Shown: positions 36,520-42,645 of the stretch, piece after piece
Layout: every line of letters starts with the position of its first letter
How positions within the stretch are numbered: the first letter of the stretch is position 1
Source: Octopus bimaculoides
Lineage: Eukaryota
Reading direction: 5' to 3'
NCBI RefSeq assembly: GCF_001194135.2
Contig: NC_068981.1
Span: forward strand, 139,300,191 to 139,342,835
DNA length: 42,645 nt
Notes under the pieces: model-generated
The model's input: only the letters and a program-made list of their open reading frames with translations
Database searches by the model: none
Told to the model about the DNA's origin: nothing
Translations under genes and position numbers: made by a program

Positions 36520-36685
36520 GTGTTCAGATTTGTCTACTTCCCTATAACTTAACGGCTCGGCAAAAAGGAGGGAATAAATACGTACCTGACTTAAAAAGCA
36601 AGTACTGTAATCAATAGTCACCTAAACCCTTCAAGGCAGACCTTGCAAGATCGCAATCTAATGAGTGAAACAAGTTAAAGTGTAA
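36520..36685 (+). mobile_element. SINE-C 3' half, degraded
   Basis: ATAACTTAACGGCTCGGCAAAAAG...AATGAGTGAAACAAG. Confidence 0.6.
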
Positions 36686-36883
36686 AAATATTTTCTTTTA
36701 TTTTTAGCGACTTTCTTTATTGAACTGTATCATTCTAAGTCTTCAACATAAAAGTGTCATTTGATGTATAGGTTTGCTCTTTCATATCAATGATTTCAAA
36801 TCTATTCATAGTAGGTATAACTAATCCTTTGATGAAACTTATTTATCATGTTATTCTCAGCGACATTTTAATTCACACTTAAC

Positions 36884-36975
36884 TAAATCCTGCTGAAATG
36901 CAGAAGTAAATATGTCGAGTAATTTATCATATTCTTTGATAGCATCAATCCCATTTGAGTCTTCCTCGAAGTCTA
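36884..36975 (-). CDS. Host gene exon (VDFEEDSNGIDAIKEYDKLLDIFTSAFQQDL), phase 1 to 0
   Basis: CTAAC branch-like site, TTTTTAAAG| acceptor, 92 nt open; the donor TTA|GTTAAG is weak. Confidence 0.6.
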
Positions 36976-37102
36976 CTTTAAAAATGTGTTAGAACTATTT
37001 TTACTATAACTTTTACAGAATTATAATTCTTAGATTATTGGATCTTGTTGTTTAGAGTAGAGAAGATATCAAAGTGTTATCGAATTTTTGCTATTATTAA
37101 AC

Positions 37103-37208
37103 CGAATTTATGTTCAGCTTTAATCTCATTCAATAGAATGAGGAAATGGAAAACTGAAACAATGTTTTTATCGATCCTTGTTGTTTTGGCTAGAACTGGC
37201 AAAAATAT
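37103..37208 (-). CDS. Host gene exon (IFLPVLAKTTRIDKNIVSVFHFLILLNEIKAEHKF), phase 0 to 1
   Basis: TTCTTGACTTCCTCTCAAG| acceptor, 106 nt open, donor G|GTTTAA. Confidence 0.6.
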
Positions 37209-37396
37209 CTTGAGAGGAAGTCAAGAAAGTTAGAAGCATTGTATATATTATGATTAATTAGATTGTTGTTGGCTTTAAACCCAGCACGTGTATGTTTTTA
37301 TGTTTTGTTTTTGTAAATTTGTTCTATCGCGTTGTTCAATCTAGAAATAAAACATTCATTACATGGCTGAAGGGAAATTATTTCAACTATAATAAT

Positions 37397-37507
37397 AATC
37401 CTTTCTACTAAAGGTGTAAAGCCTGAAATTTTGGGAGGGCGGCTAGTCGATTACATCGACCCCAGTACCCAACTGGTACTTATTTTATCGACCCCGAAAG
37501 GATGAAG
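37397..37507 (-). mobile_element. SINE-A 3' half
   Basis: Tail and body match; breaks at GAAAGGATGAA. Confidence 0.85.
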
Positions 37508-37831
37508 AGAATGAAGAGAGTAATGGAGTGGTAGGTACGGTTCTGTTAATAACGGAACAGCAAAGGATGGAAATAAAGAGACACTTGGGGAATGTGAACT
37601 GTGGAAGACTTCAACAAAGAAAAACTACCACAGTTTACAGAATATAAAGAACTTTAAAAAAGGTATGGGATTGGCATGATGGGGAACAGAGAAAAGGAAG
37701 TAAGTGATGTTACTTGATGGGGCAAGTAACACCATTTTCATTTCACATTTTCTTCATCTTTCATTATATCATACGTTTTATATCTCCAATGTAATATATG
37801 TCGCTCTTTGTTGGCCCGTTATGGGTAATAA
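37508..37831 (+). mobile_element. 5'-truncated copy of the ORF1-only family (ORF1 C-terminus, 3' UTR, A-tail)
   Basis: LPQFTEYKEL*KRYGIGMMG aligns with LPQYMTYEEVVGEFRIDILTG at 35.4-35.5 kb; the 3' UTR TGGGGCAAGTAAC...GCCCGTTATGGGTAATAAAAAAAAAA parallels 35536-35682. Confidence 0.65.
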
Positions 37832-37951
37832 AAAAAAAACATCCCTAAAAGTTTCATCCGAATCCATCCAGCGGTTATTGAGATATCTTGTCCCCGGACA
37901 AACAAACACGACTGAAAACAATACCCCCACCTTCGCTAAGGCGGAGGTAAT
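37832..37951 (-). mobile_element. Probable Helentron-associated (HINE-like) end fragment
   Basis: Minus strand TTACCTCCGCCTTAGCGAAGGTGGGGGTAT hairpin followed by TTTGTTTGTCC; family assignment is from recall. Confidence 0.45.
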
Positions 37952-37995
37952 AATAATAATAATGATAATAATAATAATAATAATAATAATACTAC

Positions 37996-38425
37996 TATAG
38001 GTACAAGGCCTGAAATTTCGGGGAAGGGGACTTGACAATTACATCGACCCCAGTGCTCTACTGGTACTTATTTTACCGACCTCGAAAAGATGAATGGTAA
38101 AGTTGACCTCGGTGGAATGTGAACTCAGAACACAAAGAAGGATGAAATGCGGTTAAACATTTTGCCCGACATACTAACGATTCTACCAGCTGCCACCTTA
38201 ATAATAATTCTTTCTTCTATAAGCACGAGGCCCCAAAGTTTGCGGGAGAGGGCTAGTCAATTACATCGACTCCAGTGCGTAACTGGTACTTAATTTATCG
38301 ACCCAAGAAAGGATGAACGGCAAAGTCAACCTCGGTGGAATTTGAATTCAGAAGGTAAGGACGGAAGAAATGCCGCCAAGCATTTTGCCCTGCGTGCTAA
38401 CGATTCTGCCATCTCGCCGCCTTAA
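37996..38425 (-). mobile_element. Two tandem SINE-A copies separated and flanked by (AAT)n
   Basis: Full matches at ~37996-38200 and ~38205-38425. Confidence 0.9.
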
Positions 38426-38514
38426 ATAATAATAATGATAATAATAATAACGATAATAATAATAATAATAATAATGGTGATGATGATGATGAACTTTTTC
38501 AGTTTCAGTGAATG

Positions 38515-38876
38515 TGTGTTAGCACTCCGTCGCTTACGACGTCGAGGGTTCCAGTTGATCCGATCAACGGAACAGCCTGCTCGTGAAATTTACATGCAAG
38601 TGGCTGAGCACTTCACAGACACGTGTACCATTAACGTAGTTCTCGGGGACATTCAGCGTGACACAGTGTGACAAGGCTGGCCCTTTGAATTACAGGCACA
38701 ACAGAAACAGGAAGTAAAAGTGAGAGAAAGTTGTGGTGACAGAGTACAGCAGGGTTCGTCACCATCCCCTGCCGGAACCTCGTGGAGCTTTAGGTGTTTT
38801 TGCTCAATAAACACTCACAACGCCCGGTCTGGGAATCGAAACCGCGATCCCGCTGCCCTAACCACTGGGCCTCCAC
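38515..38876 (-). mobile_element. SINE-B, tail type 1 (two short deletions in the head)
   Basis: High identity to 15802-16192 and 39498-39885. Confidence 0.92.
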
Positions 38877-39117
38877 TTGTTTCAGTGAATAAGTTTGTAT
38901 AAATTTGATCAATAAATAGTGAGAGAAGAGGTCTTGCTTTATTCTAAACTTAGTTTATTCCTATACATGAATCTTGCCACATTTGCTCATATAGACAGAC
39001 ATCATAGTTAGAGCATGTGATGGGAGGAATTCTTCAATACTGTTATAGTAAGGTATTTTGTTGTTAAATAAATATAGCAAGTGTCATGCAGTAACAAGTA
39101 AGCTTCTGGCAACTTAC

Positions 39118-39174
39118 ATCTGCTGCATAATGTCGATTTCCGTTGGAAAGAGATTCCATCAACTTGTGACAAAT
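39118..39174 (-). CDS. Host gene exon (ICHKLMESLSNGNRHYAAD), 57 nt, phase 0 to 0
   Basis: GTGTCATTTAAG| ... GAT|GTAAGT consensus donor; phase fits both neighbours. Confidence 0.7.
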
Positions 39175-39497
39175 CTTAAATGACACATAGATGAATTATT
39201 TTCTGCTACAGTTGCTATGTTTGTTGTCGTTTCTTTTTGTTGCCTACGTCTAACTTCAGCTAATTCTGATCGAGATTCAACACGTTCTAATATGCTGTCT
39301 CTTTTGGGTGCAGCGAGGAAATATATTTTCCAGTGTGTCCAAATATGTTTTCAAAACGATAGTCTTATTTGAGGGAAATTTGGTTGCTATTCCACCAAGT
39401 CAAACTATTACCTAGAAGCTCTTCAGTTGGTTGGATGGTTGACTGCTACTACTGTTTTGCAGCCTTCTGGCTTATAGAAATTACTACAATGCAGAAA

Positions 39498-39885
39498 GTG
39501 GAGGCGCAATGGCCCAGTGGTTAGGGCAACGGACTCGCGGTCATAGGATTGCGGTTTCGATTCCCAGACCGGGCGTTGTGAGTGTTTATTGAGCGAAAAC
39601 ACCTAAAGCTCCACGAGGCTCCGGCAGGGGTGTTGTGGCGAACCCTGCTGTACTCTTTCACCACAACTTTCTCTCACTCTTACTTCCTGCTTCTGTTGTG
39701 CCTGTAATTCAAAAGGTCAGTCTTGTCACACTGTGTCACGCTGAATATCCGCGAGAACTACGTTAATGGTACACGTGTCTGTGGACTGCTCAGCCACTTG
39801 CACGTTAATTTCACGAGCAGGCTGTTACGTTGATCGAATCAACTGGAACTCTCAACGTCGTAAGCGACGGAGTGCCAACAAAACA
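39498..39885 (+). mobile_element. SINE-B, tail type 1, with 12 bp TSD
   Basis: ACAATGCAGAAA at 39486-39497 and 39886-39897. Confidence 0.93.
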
Positions 39886-40496
39886 ACAATGCAGAAAATT
39901 GTGTGGCTTTAACTTATAATCTATATCTGAATATTCATTTGATTGGATGCAAGACGTAGTTAGGACACAGAAGTGTCTGTGAGTTGAAATATTTGTTAAA
40001 ATTATAGCAATTGCACAAAAGCAGCTTATCAGATATGTTAGTAGCCATGTCAAAGGAATTATAGAATAAAACATTGTTTCATACAATGCAAGAGAAAGAA
40101 AAAAGGATAAAAAGAAAAGCCGAAAACAATATCTCTTAATCTGCCAAAACATGGTTTTTGGCAAGTTGAGAAGTAGTAATGGAAGCCATTACTACCTTAG
40201 TATTTTCCAGCATAAAACTTTGGCTTTATCCATACTTGTTACAACCATTTTTTCCCTCTGCTCATTCAAACTTGAAAATTCGCCAGTCATAAGGAAATGT
40301 TATTTGCAAGAATCTTCCTGCATATTTGATAATTTCCACCTTGTCTCAGGACCAGAAATTATAAAAGAATTTTTTTTTACCAAAGTGTGATCCGACTGAT
40401 TTTTCTGCATGGTTTCCAGCCTCTATTTTAAATGTTTGTGTTATTCATTGATGTTCAGTGAGGCAGCATTGAAAAAAAAAAAAAAATTAATTCTAC

Positions 40497-40630
40497 CTTG
40501 TAGAACTCAAATTCTATTCTTTCGATAAGGTTGTTGAGCAAGTCAACAGAGCTTTTAATTGACTCCTGGGATGCGTTTGACGATGATAGGAAGTATGGTG
40601 CTGGCACATGTTTTAGTCTGAGCAGTATTC
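40497..40630 (-). CDS. Host gene exon (GILLRLKHVPAPYFLSSSNASQESIKSSVDLLNNLIERIEFEFYK), phase 1 to 0
   Basis: ATTATTTTTAAG| ... AAG|GTAGAA, 134 nt fully open. Confidence 0.75.
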
Positions 40631-40679
40631 CTTAAAAATAATGACCTAATAAGAAACCATATCAACATCTGTAAAATCA

Positions 40680-41060
40680 TATTTCTCTTCTGCTCAATTT
40701 TTCTCCACGTATAATTCTAACTTTCTGAATACTGCCAAAAGTATCGCGTATATTTTTCAACCTCTATTTTACTTTGGAGGACAATAAATAAATTTTGCGG
40801 TTCACATTCTTCCCGATAATTTTTTTCTTAACATTCATTAGTTCGGCGTTTTGTATATGGAATGCGAATCATTTCATAACAGTGGTCATGATCTTTTTCG
40901 CATTCTCAGCACCCAACGTGCATGATTATCACCGATCTAGTGCAGTTAAAATTACTCTTGCTCTTAAACAGTGTATTTTTTGTAATTAAAATCGCTTTTT
41001 TCCCCAAACAGCTTAATTTTAGTAAAGTCGTTGTAGCTGCAACAGCCTAACATTTTACTT
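40680..41060 (-). mobile_element. Old RTE-like LINE 3' fragment
   Basis: Fragments TKIKLF, LGAENAKKIM and MIRIPYTKRRTNEC resemble the post-RT region of RTE-type ORFs; heavily degraded. Confidence 0.4.
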
Positions 41061-41227
41061 AATTCGCTGAGCTTATATCTTCTGTTCTTGTTTCTTGTTT
41101 TTCACAACCATTTAACTTGTCTGAACATATTCCACGCTGTATCAATTTGACTGGGTATTTTTTCATCACTATTAATCATTTATAATTTTGGAATCTCAAT
41201 ATTTATTCTTAATTAAGACAGTGATAT

Positions 41228-41550
41228 GTGGAGGCGCAATGGTTCAGTGGTTAGGGCAGCTGACTCGCGGTCGGAGGATCGCGGTTTCGATTCCCAGACC
41301 GGGCGTTGTGTGTGTTTATTGAGCGAAAACACCTAAAAGCCCCACGAGGCTCAGGCAGTGGGTGGTGGCGACCCCTGTTGTACTCTTTCGCCCCAACTTT
41401 CTCTCACTCTTCCTTCCTGTTTCTTGAGTAACGCTGCGATGGACTGGCGTCCCGTCCAACTGGTGGGGAACACATACGCCATAGAAACAGGGAAACCGGG
41501 CCCATGAGCGTAGCTAGGCTTTGAAAGGGCGACAAATAAGAATAAACAAA
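41228..41550 (+). mobile_element. SINE-B, tail type 2, inserted into a SINE-A head
   Basis: TSD TAAGACAG(T/C)GATAT at 41214-41227 and 41551-41564; the right copy is the start of a SINE-A. Confidence 0.9.
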
Positions 41551-41765
41551 TAAGACAGCGATATGGCAGAATCGTTACCGCGTCGCGCAAAATGCTTCGG
41601 TGCATTTTGTCCCTCTTTAAATTCTGAGTTCCAATTCCGCCGTGATCGACTTTGCCTTTCATCTTTTCAAGCTCGATAAAATAAGTACCGGTTGAGTAAT
41701 GAAGTCGATGTCATCTGCTTTCCCTTTTCTCCACAATTGCTGGCCTTGTGCCACACTTTGAAACG
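41551..41765 (+). mobile_element. SINE-A
   Basis: Diverged full-length copy. Confidence 0.82.
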
Positions 41766-41859
41766 AATACTTGTTCCTATTCAATAGTTTATCAAATTAG
41801 ATGTTCGCTCATTGGTTTTTATTATTATCCCATTACATACTTATCCTAATAAATATCAC

Positions 41860-41928
41860 CGGCAAAAAATAATTTACTGCTGACTTCTCTGTCTTCTATA
41901 GCAGTTCTTTCTGAAGACTCAAAGATTT
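41860..41928 (-). CDS. Host gene exon (IFESSERTAIEDREVSSKLFFA), phase 1 to 1
   Basis: AAAAACAG| ... CCG|GTGATA, 69 nt open; phase fits the 40630 exon. Confidence 0.55.
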
Positions 41929-41990
41929 CTGTTTTTATGCATTATAGAAATACATTGAAATGTCTAAGTGAAAGACTATAAATTTGACAC

Positions 41991-42052
41991 CAGCATTCGT
42001 TCTAAACAATCTGCTTGGGGTATTTCTAATTAAATCTAAACTGTTCATATGT
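41991..42052 (-). CDS. Possible host gene exon (HMNSLDLIRNTPSRLFRTNA), phase 2 to 1
   Basis: ATTTATTACCAAG| ... CTG|GTGTCA; requires a 62 nt intron and a weak donor. Confidence 0.3.
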
Positions 42053-42284
42053 CTTGGTAATAAATACTATTGGTAGGCTGGCGTTATATTTTCTTATAAG
42101 AAAGCCATTGTACACCATGCCACACTTAGTCATAAAGTTCTTTGTTTTAAGTCAATGGAATTGTAGTAATGGTCTGACTAGTGCTTTATGTATTTTTCTA
42201 CTATAATAGTAATGCAACAAATCTTGAGAAAGTTTTTTTCCTCACCAGTATGTTATTTTCATACTTAATATTTCTATTCAACAT

Positions 42285-42350
42285 AGGGCGGCGACCTTGT
42301 AGAAACGTTAGCACGCCGGGCGAAATGCTTAGCGGTATTTCGTCTGCCGT
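42285..42350 (+). mobile_element. SINE-A head only
   Basis: AGGGCGGCGACCTTGTAGAAACGTTAGCACGCCGGGCGAAATGCTTAGCGGTATTTCGTCTGCCGT, then unrelated sequence. Confidence 0.85.
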
Positions 42351-42430
42351 GAGTTTACTGGTCGGACGTGTTATTACTCGCTGCGATTTTTTTAGTATAA
42401 CGCCACTATTTTTTGGTGGGCGTAGCTGAG

Positions 42431-42645
42431 ATGGAGAAAATGAAGACGTATGCAGCAGCGACAGGGAGTCGAGCTTCCGTCGCCCTAGGCCTGCTGAAGC
42501 AATATGAAATACATTGGAATGAAGACATGGCTGAGAAAATTGAAAAATATAAAGAAATGATAAAGAAGGAGGGGCCAAACGTAAAGTTGACCCCATCAGA
42601 GGAGGAAAAGACGAAAATGGAAATTGAAGTCGTGGAATATAAATC
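42431..42645 (+). CDS. Open frame running off the window; probable L1/Tx1-like ORF1 N-terminus (MEKMKTYAAATG...EGPNVKLTPSEEEK)
   Basis: 71 codons without a stop. The xYAA-type motif and VKLT resemble NFADVA...DVKLT in the 34 kb ORF1, and the context (after a SINE-A head) is the same. Confidence 0.5.
   Translation, partial: MEKMKTYAAATGSRASVALGLLKQYEIHWNEDMAEKIEKYKEMIKKEGPNVKLTPSEEEKTKMEIEVVEYK

Noticed and set aside
38960-39035. Minus-strand exon-like frame IEEFLPSHALTMMSVYMSKCGKIH
   Set aside because: Needs phase 2 entry, but the upstream exon ends in phase 0.
39498-39570. tRNA-like sequences at SINE heads as tRNA genes
   Set aside because: No acceptor stem closure; they run directly into SINE bodies with TSDs.
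40150-40400. Possible CR1/L2 fragment (RWKLSN...TSMDKAKVL) on the minus strand
   Set aside because: Similarity too short and degraded to call without a search.

Overview
AT-rich, microsatellite- and gap-rich animal genomic DNA; the SINE complement looks cephalopod (Octopus-like, inferred from recall, not a search). The window is mostly intron of an unidentified multi-exon gene on the minus strand: 8-9 phase-compatible exons between 42.05 and 32.19 kb, plus one isolated candidate at 15.3 kb. The introns hold about 20 copies of a ~210 bp tRNA-like SINE (called SINE-A here), several copies of a longer SINE with three alternative tails (SINE-B), CORE-like SINEs with an internal microsatellite (SINE-C), a mariner foldback, hAT and Tigger MITEs, and R4/Dong, RTE and Penelope-like fragments. 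There are also five pieces of an L1/Tx1-type family with a zinc-knuckle ORF1. Most notable: (1) three of these ORF1 elements start directly after a truncated SINE-A head, and one appears to carry a TSD inside that head; (2) one lineage is ORF1-only with its own 3' UTR and A-tail (HAL1-like); (3) there are several minimal hammerhead-ribozyme-like motifs with palindromic stem III and non-canonical cores (U3/A8, and a CUGU core in three copies). Almost all ORFs in the supplied track are microsatellite, gap or repeat artefacts.
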